A stretch of DNA of 63,200 bases, counting the filler, from Neolecta irregularis DAH-3 (lineage: Eukaryota): NCBI GenBank assembly GCA_001929475.1. It is 13 parts of 13 records of this genome, joined end to end, with 100 filler letters (N's around TTAATTAATTAA, not from the genome) between each part and the next. Parts side by side here need not be neighbours in the genome. Positions count along the whole stretch, not along the records: positions 12,516 to 21,449 come from LXFE01001387.1; positions 21,550 to 25,953 come from LXFE01001389.1; 11 more parts are not named here. One strand, written 5' to 3'. Both the position numbers and the translations under genes were made by a program. Positions 12,516-25,083 of this stretch are shown here, one piece after another. The notes under the pieces were generated by a model. It searched no databases. It had not been told where the DNA came from and worked only from the letters and a program-made list of their open reading frames with translations. The first letter of the stretch is position 1. Each line of letters begins with the position of its first letter.

Positions 12516-14555
12516 GCGACGCCGACGGCTGCCGCGGCTACACGCGCCTGTTCAGCGAGGCCGGCGAGGCCTGGGCCGTGCTGTGCGCCCGCCTGCCCGC
12601 CGACTTCCTCGGCCTCGTCGACGCCGTGCTGTTCTGCGCAGACGCCGCCCGCGACCTCGACGTCGTCAAGATCACCTTTCGCTTCTGGTACGAGCTCAAG
12701 CAGCTCGCCGTGCTGCCCGCCTTTGCCGCCGCCCGCGAGCTGTACGCGCCCGTCTACCGCCGCCTCGTCGTCATCATGGCCCGCCACATGGAGTACCCGC
12801 CTGCCGCCGCCGGGGCCGCCGCCGACGACCTGTTTGACGGCGACCGCGAGGCCGACGACGCCTTCCGCGGCTTCCGCCACGAGATCGGCGACGTGCTCAA
12901 GGACTGCGTCAACGTGCTCGGCGCCGGCCCGTGTCTCGCCCTCGTCACGCAAAAGCTGCAGGACCCCGGCTGGCAACAGGTCGAGAGCGCCCTCTTCGGC
13001 CTCCGCGCAATGGCCCGCGAGATCCCCACCGACGAGGACGAGTTCCTCCCCAGAGTCATGGACCTGCTGCCCCAGATCGACAAGCAGTTCGCCGGCATCG
13101 GCGCCCAAAAGGTCCGCTTCGCCGCCATCCTCGTCGTCGGCCGCTACACCGCCTGGGTCGCCAGGCGCGGCGGCGAGGCCGGCTGGATGCTCGACTTTAT
13201 CTCCAGGGGCTTTGACGACATCGCCGACAAGGACGTCGTCTCTGCCTCCGCCATGGCCCTGAAATACTTTTGCCAGGACTGCGGAACGGTACCATCCCCT
13301 GCATCCCCGTTGACGACAGCTGCTCCTCGACTTTCTCCCCCAGCTGCTCGCCTTTTACGAAAAAGTAGTCCCCCTGCTCGACAACGATCCGCTCTGCGAA
13401 GTGACAGAGGCCATCTCGCACGTCATCAACGCCCAGCCACACGGCTCCATCCACTCGTCCTTTGAAACTTTCATCGCCCCGACTTTGTCCCGCCTCGCCC
13501 GCCTCGAGTCCGACAGCGCCATCTGCGATACCGTCGACCAGATCACAATATTCGTCGCAAACATCAAACCCTACATTGAAAAAACAAAGACAAACCCGTG
13601 CATCCCCATCGTCTCCGAGATCTTAACCGTCCTGTTTCCCATCATCGACTCGCGCGGCTCCGTTCCAAACATCTCGGAGAAAATCTGCAAAGCCATAAAA
13701 AGCATGATGCCCAGCTATCGGAGCCACATGGCCCCGCTACTCCCTCAAATCGCAGAGAAACTGGTGTCCGGCTTCGAAAAGTACCAAATGGGCTGCTTTC
13801 TCTGGGTCGCCGGCAGTGTTGTCCGAGAGCTCGGTGAAGATCTCGGGAGCAGCATGACCTGGGCATTCGTTGAGAGACTCTGCTTTGGAATGTTTACCTT
13901 GCTGCACCAAGTCGATCCGGCTTCCATTCCCGACAGTACGCGTATCTTTATCACGCTGACATTAGTCATTGAAGATTTCTACAGATTGCTGCAGGACGCA
14001 ATATACATCGATCCAACAAGCATCCTCTCCTCCGCAATCTTCAAAACAATATTCGAAAGCTGCATTCAGCTGTCCACTCTCGACCATCCCTGGGCCTTGT
14101 CGGCAATGCTGAATTTCTTGCGAGACGTGCTTTCCTATGGTCTCGCCGACTCGCCCACAAGTCGCACATCAACAGGTCCCCCGCCTGCAGTACAACTAAT
14201 AGTCCGGCAAATAACAGCCGAATACGGCGTTCCCCTAACCCAAGCCATGTTTTCAGGAATGATTTATTCGTTTCCAAGAGACTGTGTCCCAGACGGGAGT
14301 TTTATCCTCCTTTCCCTCGTCGAAATTCACGCTTCGACTGCTCTAACATGGCTAAAACAAGTCGTAAATATGCTGCAAAACGGTCTCACAGACGACGAAC
14401 GAGAAAAGTTTCTCAGAGGAATAGAAGGGTACTTTTCCCCGCTTTCAATATTCACTCGCAGTGCGGAAAACGATGGGCCAAAGATTAGGAGATTGTTGCA
14501 GGATTTCACAGCTAGATATCGACGACGAAATGTCTTGCCTAGACAACGTATATAG
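12516..14555 (+). CDS. mtr10: Mtr10/transportin-SR importin-beta family (5' truncated); introns 13289-13319, 13936-13965, 14429-14461
   Basis: LFSEAGE, ITFRFWYEL, FRHEIGDVLKDC, WQ.VESALF.LRAM, GRYT.W, AL..FC.DC, GCFLW, PD.IEDFYRL motifs. Confidence 0.92.
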
Positions 14556-14675
14556 AATTATCAATTGCTAGATATCTAATAGCATGGAGGATATGAAAAA
14601 GTATTATTATGGACTGAAACAAATATTATGGATTCCGATCAACTGGAAAATAAAAATAAAACACCCTGCCCCGAA

Positions 14676-15354
14676 ATGCGCATCTTGTGTCTTCACGGAT
14701 ACACTCAAGTATTCAAAGTATTTCCCGTACTAACTCAAGTCCGGACCAACATTTCGTCAAAAAATCGCCGCATTGACAAAGCCGCTTGAAAAATTGGGCC
14801 ATGAATTTATCTTTCCGACTGCCCCGCATGTCCTTTTCCTGTCGGATACAGCCGGGGAATCATCGCCTGCAGAACAAATCGAGGCTTACGGATGGTGGAC
14901 TGTCCGGGAGGAAAAATACCACGGGTTGAGAACATCGCTAGAGTTCATACTTGATCTGATCAGCGACGACGCCCCCTTTGATGGAGTCATCGGGTTTTCC
15001 CAGGGGGCTTGTATAGCTTCTATTCTAACATCCCTGCTCGAATCAGGGAAACGGAACCTCCTCCCGAAACCCTCTAATCAACCGCCATTCAAATTCGGCC
15101 TCTATTACTCGGGATTTTCAGCAAAGTTCAATCCAGAATTCTACCTTCCGAAAATATCAACCCCTACATTGCATTTCAACGGGGAACTAGATACAGTTGT
15201 TTCAAATGAACGCATGCAGACTTTGATAGACGTCTGCATTGACCCCAAAATTGTGCGGTTTCCCGGTGGTCATTTCGTCCCTTGTGCCGCGGAATACAGA
15301 CAACAAATGCGCCTGTTCTTGTCTTGTTTCGAGGGAGATGAATCACGATTATAA
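14676..15354 (+). CDS. fsh1: FSH1/OVCA2-family serine hydrolase (intron 14709-14739)
   Basis: MRILCLHGYTQ|SGPTF, PFDGVIGFSQG, PTLH..G..D, GGHFVP. Confidence 0.92.
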
Positions 15355-15664
15355 AGATAATATATTACTTGATCATCCACGTCGTAATATCCGCCACTCC
15401 AGATCGTATGCTATCTAATAGTGAACTCGAGACACGTTAAACAATCATGACACCCATCCATCTCCCGAATGAGCTCTAATATGCTACTTGTCCGAGAAGA
15501 CAATGAAGGAGCGAATCAGGCTCATGATAATCTAAATGAATGGAAATAACAGACACTAGATGAGACGAACCGAAAAGTCATTCACTTGACCAGATTATTA
15601 TCTAATCGAGAACCCTAATGAATATAGTATTGCACAAGAGTTCCCCCACTTAGACTCGCTTTGA

Positions 15665-17357
15665 TCAGACATTTCGTTTCATTGGATGAGCTTCTAAATC
15701 GGTTAACTTAATTGAGAATTATACATGCCTGTATTAAATACCCAGTCATCCAGACTCCACCGTTCAGGTTCATCGAAACACAGATAAAGATACTTTAGAG
15801 TTTCCGCATACCAAAAGCTTTCTTGAGCAGTTTGCCGTTGTTGCCCAGTTATGACATCTTAATCAGACAAACCCATGCAGAATATATACCCGCAAGCTGA
15901 GCATGTCCGTATTCAGCTTTGGTCCATAGGCTCAAGGCGAGAAAGGCATCCCATGCCCATTCACGATACTTTACATTGCCCGTGATCCTCCATCCATAAA
16001 AGTAACTTTCAATAACTTCAGGACGAAGACCGTAAGAGCCATCGACGATCCAGAATCCCCATTTCGCAAGCTGTTCTTGTTGGTCTGCCGCAAGTACAGG
16101 GAGAGGCTCGTCAGCAGGAACAAATCGAAATACTTGATATTTAGCAAAGCAAGTAAAAGGAAAAATACATTCTGGGCCAAGACCAGTAGGCGTTGAAGCG
16201 TATGTATGGTGACATCCAGCTATCAATTCCTCGCCCCATTTCATAAAATCCTCTCGCAAAAGAGCCCTGGCTCCAAGCACTACATTTCCTCCTATAAAAC
16301 ATCCAAGATGCCCAAAAGTATATTCAAGGTTGTGATTCCCTTTCCACATTGCAAGAAAGGTATGGCCTTCCCTCGTCGTCACACTGAGGTTTCTCATTGC
16401 TGTTTCAATTGCTTCGACCCATCGGTCTCGGTACAATGCAGTTTCCGTCAAAGGTGCCATGATCCATGCTTTTATCAAATATTCATAATATGAATCTCCC
16501 TCGGCCCCAAAAGAAATCTCTCCATTCAGTTGGAGACCGGTTATTCTCTCCACCGGACCATTTATCAGAGCCTTTCCGAGTGGACCATCAACAGGTGGAT
16601 TTATTAGTATTTCCCACTCTTTCGACGCCTGCTTCTCAGAAAAATATATGGCAGGAAACACACTAGGTCATGGAACTCGGGGGAATTTGTCTGTTGGCTT
16701 AAACGGTAGAATTCCAACCAATTAGTACCTGCACGAGCGGCAGAAATGTATCCATTACCTTGATTAATTAGAAATTTCTGCATACACGCACCCATAGCTG
16801 CTCCCATCATTGGAGTCAAGGTTTCTTTTGCCAATTTGACGGCCTTGTCGAGGTAGATGCTACTGTGGGAAATATCATAAGCAGATACTAATCCGCCCAG
16901 GAATCGAATGATGGTTTCAAAGGGATCTACAGAACCAATCGCGTCCTTCCAGTCAATTGTCCGGATATATGAATCTGCCTCTTTGATTTCATCCTCAAGA
17001 TTCATTACATATAATGTTGAGAGCGCATCCACAATGGTCGCGGAAAAGTTATTTCTGAAATGTCAACAGTAGAACCTTGTAACAATGCCTCGAATTCGAT
17101 CCACGTCCGGTAATCGGGTTAATCTCATCCCAGCCCCATGCGTGCTCTTTATATGCCTTCCAATCATGAAGCAGCAAGTTCTTTACTTGTTCGGCTCGCC
17201 TCTTGTTTCCAGATGATCGTTGAAAGGAATGCTGGATCCTGCCATGCCGACGTCGTGAAAAACCAGGCAGATCCTTGAAACTGATGTAAATATTTATCAA
17301 GATGATAAAAGAGACGGCAAATATCATCAACAGTCTCAAAATAACCATGGGTCTCAT
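15665..17357 (-). CDS. Glycoside hydrolase family 47 alpha-1,2-mannosidase (type II membrane, multi-exon)
   Basis: AWGWDEINP, ATIVDALSTL, FETIIRFLGGL.SAYD, DSYYEYLIK, GLGPE, LRPEVIESYFY, ESFWYAETLKYLYL, VFNTEAHP. Confidence 0.93.
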
Positions 17358-17497
17358 CGTGGAGGAGGATTCTTCGGGAACCGATAATGCGAGCAATGTT
17401 TCAGATTTACGCCACACCGTTTGTGGCAGACTGGGAAGATCGGTCAAGCAATAACCAACTCCTTACAGGTACTATGTAGATTATCATCTCCCCCTGC

Positions 17498-17653
17498 AGA
17501 ATTGATTATCAGAACCCCTGCAAAACTCTACAACAAGAATCTACCAACATGCACATACTCACAAAGCCGTATCTGTGCGACATGCACATACTCACAAATT
17601 ATAGCCTGTGCATGTAGCACAGATTCTGTTGTAGAGTTTTGATAATCAATTCT
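17498..17653. repeat. Foldback/MITE-like inverted repeat upstream of the GH47 gene
   Basis: AGAATTGATTATCA..AAACTCTACAACA.GAATCT pairs with AGATTCTGTTGTAGAGTTTTGATAATCAATTCT; internal direct repeat acatgcacatactcacaaa. Confidence 0.65.
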
Positions 17654-17904
17654 TAGATGAGATGAAACAAACCGATTCTTTGATTCTTTGCATGGATGGA
17701 TAGAGCATTATCCAATGCATTACAAAGATATGAGCCACATCATTGTAGTAAACCAAGGAAGCGTATAATAATAGAAAAACCCATCAGATAACCGGAAAAT
17801 ACTATGTGTTCCGCATGCAGTATACTTCACCAACGAAAAGAAATGGCCTGCATTTTATATTAGGATTTTTGGTTATTCAGTGAATTTGGTATTATATAAA
17901 TTAT

Positions 17905-17958
17905 CAGTCAAATCGACCCGCCCGTCCGCCGGAGGATTTTTGGCGGGTGGACACACTG
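17905..17958 (-). mobile_element. hAT-like transposon terminus (CAGTGTGTCCACCCGCC...)
   Basis: Minus strand starts CAGTG, typical of fungal hAT TIRs, followed by repeated CCGCC/GGCGG motifs; no transposase seen. Confidence 0.45.
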
Positions 17959-19543
17959 CACCTATCCTGCCACCCATCCTGCTATCCAACCCAAAACCCC
18001 AATTCATCTCAACAATACCTAAAATTGAAAAATTAATGACGGATGGCCATATCTATCTGAAGCTCGACTGGGATTTCAAACGAATTGACGAGATATGAAT
18101 ATGGCCATCAATGGTTGTCAACAGCTTATCTCTTCCTCAGACCTGCTGATATTCAGGCTAAGAAGGCTAGAAGATTGGAAGAACGATATGTCGAATTGCT
18201 CAAAGATATTGTGAAGCAATGATTAACTCACAGGGCTAAAACGAAGTGATATAGGTGCCATGGTCAAGGTGTAATGTAAGAGAAACAGAACGCAGTCTTC
18301 AAGGAGATGAATTCACTTGATGTGCAGTTCATTATAGCACATTGCAATCTTTTCAACTCGACGATGATATGAGCACGATGCTCCACCTGTCGAATAAGAA
18401 TATCCTGTTGATTCTCAAGCATTTTTTCTCAGGTAATCCAATTACGGCCATCCTCTTCGAGTGATAGGACATACCAAGGGAAAGATTGAGTCTCCCGTCT
18501 GCCTCACCCTTACCCGCCTTCCCTTGCCCATCTGCTCCTCGCCAGCCAGCCTCTCGCCCTTGCCTGCTACTCTATTAAATTAATCATTATGCAATATTTC
18601 CCAGGCTACAAGTAACTCCAGATGAATATGGATTCCTGATAACATTGGATTACAAAGGATGTGAATAAATGCTTTTGTCCAAATGTGGGAGTGACTTGCT
18701 TCTCATACTGGATTAAAAATAGTTAGAGAGTGTACCTATATCTCTATTCATGATGCATCTAAATATGTTTAAATTGGTTCCTGTGCCTGCTATTAAAGTT
18801 GGATAGCAATGACCTGCCCGTATTTCCTCATCCCAACAGCGACTCTATAATACTGCTATATTGGCGGCTCGTCGTTATCCTTCGACCATAACAAATTAAT
18901 AATAGAAAAATCCATCAGATAACCGGAAAATTCTATGTTTACCGTTTTCCTGTGACATGCAGTATACGCCTTTGAGCAAGCAAACCTTCAAACAGTGCAA
19001 TCCTCGTATTCCCGACTGGACTGCTATTTTCCTGTTCCACCTACAAGATAATGAATATGAACACCGAGTGTGTTGGACATTTTGATTCTATCCTTTTTTC
19101 ATCGTTTAATTTTCCCAATCAGCCCCAGGACCTCCTATTCTGCCCCAACCTCATCCCTCTTGACCCATCACCCTACCATATGATCAAGGAAATTAAGAGT
19201 ATGAAATATTCCTACAATGCATTTTGAATCCATTCCTCAGCCTCCCTTAACTATCTGATCGAGCAAGTCTCAGAAGTCAAAAGTCTTAGTCTCGATTTAT
19301 CTAAGACTTGTCAATTAAGAAAAGGTCACTGAAGTATAGTATGTTACATTATCTGTATCCATCAGTCACCTCTAGCATGGAATCCATCGCATATGTAACC
19401 TATGTCTGGCTGCATTTGTCCAGTCAATGGGTGCTACAAGTCGAAAACCTCTAGGTGTCTATGTAGGAGGCTTTGTTGTGAGTACGACACTGAGAGACAT
19501 GTGGATGGCTTTTGCCTATATTACAGGGACCACAACCTTCAAT

Positions 19544-20814
19544 ATGCGCCATATTATGTTGTCATCCCTCCTTTGCTTGATCTCGCTTTCTAGTATTGTT
19601 TTCTCAGAATCAGCTCTCGATCACTTCAGAGACATAACCTCTGAGGTACCCCTCAATTTCATTCTTGATAATTCAGCAGAATACCACAACGTCGACGAAG
19701 GATTTGATAAATATCAAGCGATAGAACATGCTACCACAGATTGCCTCGCCAAATATTACTGCCATTCGCTTGTAGTCTATGAGAATAGCGGCCGCCTGTT
19801 CTATGCGTCTGTGAACATCCTATTCCCGGTATCAACTTGGAAAACCGATGCAGCTCAAGAGTATCAAGTAATAGCAGCCTTTGAGTAAGTGTTCATTAAT
19901 GATGGGAACACTCTTTAATAATTTTTAGAAAGTCTAAACCAAAAATTCCAGACATTATTGCAAGATTTTCTTACGAGACTGCTACAGAAACAACAGAAGC
20001 ATGGATGACAAACCTCATAAAACGCTATGGATTATGGCACGATGATGAAACCACCAAGTCTCTAGAGGCCTGCCAAATTGCTCTACAAATGAAACCACCA
20101 CAACCAGTTAACTTCAATGAATGGATTGAGGGAAAGGATATTCCATCCATGAGTAGGAAGCAATTTCAGCTATATCTCTCAAAGGCCCTCGAATCGTCTG
20201 TAGCAACGACAGAGAATGGAGAAAATGGGTTGGAATCCGATGATATCGTGTTGTTGGCCTTTATCGAAATATTCAGCCAAAGTCTTCATCAAGGATTAAC
20301 CACGATTTACGATCCTCTTGAAAAGACCCTTTTCATCGAAGGAACGGACTTTCACATGCTCATCTTTTCATTTGATGGAAACTATGGCATTGTACGATCC
20401 GGTGATAATAATCAACCGCCTTTTGTTTTAACACTAAAGCCAAAAAGAAATTCAGACAAGCATCCCTCAAATCCGCCTCTCTTCGAAATGTTTCAAAAAG
20501 CAATGAAGTGTTTTGGACATGAGGCCAAGTTTCCTGACATGTCACTTTCACAGACTGTGGATGAAAATCAGATGGATGAAGCAATAATAGTCCACATCGT
20601 AGCATATGCACCGCCTAATCCTCAACACACCAGCATCGGTTACGAAGAACATATGGCATTTCAGCACGATCTAATTACCGCTGTGGTTTCATCTGCAATC
20701 GAACGGTCTTATGAAAGGGAGAGATATCAACGCACATTATTTCAAGCCCGCCAGTATGGTGATTTCCCATCCATTAGCGGATCCAGTATGGCTGATGTAT
20801 TCACGCAAGACTAA
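19544..20814 (+). CDS. Orphan secreted protein, 408 aa (intron 19885-19928)
   Basis: Signal peptide MRHIMLSSLLCLISLSSIVFS; a GTAAGT...TTAG intron joins the two ORFs in frame. Confidence 0.75.
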
Positions 20815-20921
20815 TAATATTCAATTATTGAATGGAGATTCTGATGAAGATGGCCTGAGTGTATGTTATGTAGCGTACTCATAGCAGACTAGAGATTATT
20901 GAATTCTTTTTGACCTTACTT

Positions 20922-21246
20922 CAGTGTTGTGGATGGACCAAAGCCCATGGGCGTTTTAAAAAGCCCGGGCCATGGGCCTGGCCGGGCCTAACATGTGACA
21001 ACCAATTTGGGTGATGGCGTACAGGGCAGAGATGGGCAGGCAGTTGTCGCCAATGTTAGCACGCAGGTTCCAATCAATGTTTACGGCGAGCTTTGACTGC
21101 TTTGATGAAGGGTAGGTTCTTGGTGGAAAATGGGGTTCAAGCTTGTGGTGCGAGGCGGAGGTCTTGTAGCGAGGAATCAAGTTATCAAAGAAAAGACTTG
21201 ACTCGCTATTGAGACAGTATCCTCGTCTATGTAAAAGAAACCTTCG
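20922..21246 (+). mobile_element. hAT-like transposon end with AAAGCCCATGGGC subterminal motifs, plus a flanking dispersed repeat
   Basis: 20922-21031 aligns with the reverse complement of 60707-60810 (both start CAGTGTTG); 21035-21246 aligns with 9841-9992. Confidence 0.65.
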
Positions 21247-21557
21247 ATATTTTAATAGGCTGTTCGTCTCATCTCTCTCTATCTGCTCCTAAAGTTTCAA
21301 ATCGATAGCTTGAAAATTAAAGCCAGCCCAATAGATTTTGTGCTTTTCGTCAATTTTGCTTCCATTAGAGCGATTTTGGTACCGTTCGGCCTATCTTGTC
21401 ATGCTCGTAGAGAAAAGTAGTAAGCATACTGATATTATCTCAACAACCANNNNNNNNNNNNNNNNNNNNNNNNNNNNNNNNNNNNNNNNNNNNTTAATTA
21501 ATTAANNNNNNNNNNNNNNNNNNNNNNNNNNNNNNNNNNNNNNNNNNNNGGCAGGTG

Positions 21558-22100
21558 GGCCAAGCGGGACGGGCGAGGCAGAAGGGAAGAGCGGGACGGG
21601 CGAGGCGGGAGGGACGCGCAGGACGAGTGAGGCAGGGGGGCCAAGCGGGACGTGAGGCGGGAGGGCCAAGCGGGATGGGCAAGGCAGGAGGGAAGAGCGG
21701 GACGGGCGAGGCGGAAGGGAAGAGTGGAACGGGCGAGGCAGGAGGGCCAAGCGGGACAGGCGAGGCAGGAGGGAAGAGCGGGTGGGTGAGGCAGAAGGGA
21801 AGAGCGGGACGGGCGAGGCGGGAGGGACGCGCGGGACGAGTGAAGCAGGAGGGAAGAGTGGGACGGGCGAGGCGGAAGGGACTCGCGGGATGGGTGAGGC
21901 GGGAGGGACGCGAGGGACTGGTGAGGCAGGAGGGAAGAGCAGGACGGGCGAGGCAGAAGGGAAGAGCGGGACGAGTGAGGCAGGAGGGCCAAGCGGGACG
22001 GGTGAGGCAGGAGGGAAGAGCGGGACGGGAGAGGTGGGAGGGATGAGCGGGACGAGTGAGGTGGGAGGGCCAAGCTGAACGGGAGAGGCAGGAGGGACGC
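21558..22100. repeat. GC-rich 27-bp minisatellite (about 20 units)
   Basis: Degenerate GCGGGACGGGCGAGGCAGGAGGGAAGA units; related units in reverse orientation at 60423-60620 and 60870-61120. Confidence 0.88.
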
Positions 22101-23789
22101 ATTAGGGTTTAGGGTTAATCGCCGACGACGACCGCAGGCACTTCAACTATAGCGGCAGCGCAGCAAGCCTGCAGATGAGTGCATACACCGGCTATCGCCC
22201 GCATGGTGCTGCCAACGAGTATTGACTAAATGTTGATGAATGTTGATTATGTCAACTGAATGTTGGATAGCCTGTAGTTGTCTCAGTCATAAATGAGATC
22301 CTGCTTGTATAGATGTGAGTTTCATTCGATACGGCGTTGCTTGACCTGGGTGGCTGCCACTCACCGTGGTGGCTGTTGCAGCATTTACCTGGCTGAACCG
22401 CAGCTGCCTGCCGTCGCCGCACGACCATGGAACGGGGCAGCTTCAATATCTTCTCACCACAAAAATCTTCATCTTGCGGTGGATCAACCGCACCAGATTG
22501 GCGGCCACGGTGCGCAGCTTGCCTTCCAGCGTGAGGGCGACCGCGGCAGGTGGGCTGAGCAGCAGGTGCCAGGATGGCCAGTGGAACCCGGCAGTGATGG
22601 CAAACGCAGACTTGCCGAGCTCGGTGGAGAAGTCTGTGTCGAGGCCTGGAGGTGGGTTGGCGATGGTCGCGGGATTTACTTTGTCGAGCAGCTGTGTCAA
22701 TGCAAAACAATGCAAGTTCCCTATCTGTGATCGTAGATACGACAACGGCGGATCTACAGCGCGATTGGAGGCCACGATGCCAAGCTCGCCTTCCAGCTCC
22801 GTGGCGACATACGGTCTGAGCGGCCAGTGCGAGTCCGGCCAGCGGAACAGGGCGGCGATGGAGGACTAAGGCTTGCCGGGCTTGGCGTCGGAGTCTGTGG
22901 TGAGGCCCAGTGGCGGGATGGAGTGAGAGGGAGCACAGGCGGGCACCAGAAATACCGGGTCCATACACAATGCTGAGTATCTGCGCCGCGTAGTCAGGTA
23001 GTTATAACTTGTCTTAACAAGTAACAAGGAGTTTTCTGTTAAACTGACTAACCATTTGTACTCGCTTCCTAGGTGTTAGACTTTCATCTTTGCTAAGGTA
23101 ACTACCTGAGAAAATCAGCTCCTCACCTTATGTGATGAAGGCCAAGGAATCTAGCTCGGTGGAGACGCAAATATGTTTGACGGTGCTCAGACTCGGGGAG
23201 GGGCAGTGTGAGTGGAAGAAGAGATCGTACAGCGCTGGTGGGTACAGGTCATCCATGAGTTTGGTGTCAAGCAGGGGCGACTGCTCTGGCCGGCCTCGAA
23301 GACTTTGCGCAGATAGCACGCCATCCATAACAGCCATAAAGAATCTAGCAGGGCAAATACAGCTTTGATGGATGGTGGTTGATTGACTGCTGCCGATGGT
23401 TGAGTGACAAAGGGCAACAGCTGACTAACTGCAGGTACTGTTGGCTGCCACACGCACCGGCACAGCGCTAACCACCAGGAAAGGTAGGTGCGATGAGGTG
23501 GAAGAAGGGAGCACAGGTCTGGGGATCTGGGAGGGCTCAACTCTGCGGCGGTGGAATAGGCAAGGGAGTGCTGGGACACTGAGGACGTTGCAGGCCGTGG
23601 CGGATGTGATCCAGGTGTGGGAACATGCAGCCTGAACGCGACATAGGTCAGGCGGCGGATTAGCGAGAGCTTGGGTGGAGCGTCAGGGAGGGCGAGCGAA
23701 GGAAGGCATGGGTGAAGCGTCAGGGGCAGGGCTGCCAAGGACGAGGAGTCTGTAAGGGGGAAAAAGCACTGCTGTTGGTACAGGGCATC

Positions 23790-25083
23790 AAGGTTTAAGA
23801 TCTTGCTGCATGTTGGAAGAGCTTGACGAGGTAATCGAACTTGAAAAGTTTCTGGATATCGAGGAGATTGAAGAACTTGGGGACAGCTGTTGAAATTAGA
23901 AAGAATGCCCTATATAAATGAAAAACCATATTTAATCCCGAAAAGTCGCCGTAGGTGTTGACGATGTAACATGAAATTGAAGATTTTGGAGAACTAGTGC
24001 CAGAGGAATTCTAAGACGTTAAGCAATTGATTTGCAAACCGAATCAACCCCAGAAGCTGAAATTGTCGGAGGAAGGAGTGATATTTAAGGAGCTCGAAAA
24101 ATTAGAGGACTCCCGGTTGGTCGATATAGACTCGAATGAACTCACTACAGGTGTGGCCGATATAACGAGAGTTACAGCACTATTCGAGGCATTCTGTGTA
24201 GGACCTGACTGGTCAGCTTGCAGCACCCTATGCCTTGGTCACTAGCATCGAAAATCCACTCAGTTCTACTACTTGTTTGCTCAGTAAGAGTAACAGAGCT
24301 ATTTGCAGACTCCTGGTTGATGTTAGTAGCATGTTTCTTGATGGACAAACCAAGTTTGAACTTGGCAAGGTAGCCACTAACAAACTCGATACCGGTGTAG
24401 CTGATGTAGTGAGCGTTTCAGAACGTTTCGTGGTACTCAGTGTAGACCTTACTGGTCAGCTTGCATGGTCTCAGTCATGAAGTAACCTGGTGCATTGAAA
24501 ATTGACTCAATACTACTGCTTGTCAGTTGATGAATCGAGGATGTCAGCGTAGGGCCGAAGACTGTTGGTAGTTGTTGTCGCAATAGAACTTGATAAGATG
24601 CTGGACGAGATTGAAGAACTTTGGGACTGCTGTTGAAATTAGAAAGAATATCCTATATAAATGAAAAACCATAGTTAATCCCCCTGAGGGAAAAGTCGCC
24701 ATAGGTGTTAACTATGCAACATCTGATGAGATGAATGAGGACATTGGCAGCAGCGTTGTCAAGTTGAATTGATTTGAGGATCGTAGCATTGTCATTGGTC
24801 ACCATTATATCTCCATTCGAACCTATTTTATCCTCAAAATCAGCTGGTCTCGTAGCATGTAAAAATACTTAGGGTTAGGTACAGATCACCGATAGCAATA
24901 GCTCCCATAAATGACAACCTTGACATTGAGCAAACTCACAAACTGACAGTATACCAATCAAGCATTGTCACTTCCTTCACTGGCCTCAGAACAGGGGCCA
25001 GCGATCGCGCAGGGTTCATTAGGACGAGATACTTGGGAGGTGGTGTAAACGGCGAGAATGATTGCGGTGAAAATGTAGAGCCT
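23790..25083 (-). pseudogene. Decayed secreted Cys-domain plus Ser/Thr-rich stalk (cell-wall/mucin-like) gene
   Basis: TATAAATA at 25113-25120, signal-like LYIFTAIILAVYTTS preceded by AGG instead of ATG, in-frame TGA, S/T-rich fragments, and a duplicated exon-intron unit (about 23840-23971 vs 24587-24723). Confidence 0.5.

Noticed and set aside
21558-22100. CRISPR-like array, or repeat-protein ORFs of 160-200 aa
   Set aside because: Head-to-tail degenerate units without spacers in a eukaryote; ORFs are open in several frames because of base composition
24868-24880. Isolated TTAGGGTTAG hits (also at about 34675)
   Set aside because: Too short; on the minus strand they read CTAACCCTAA, like branch-point sequences
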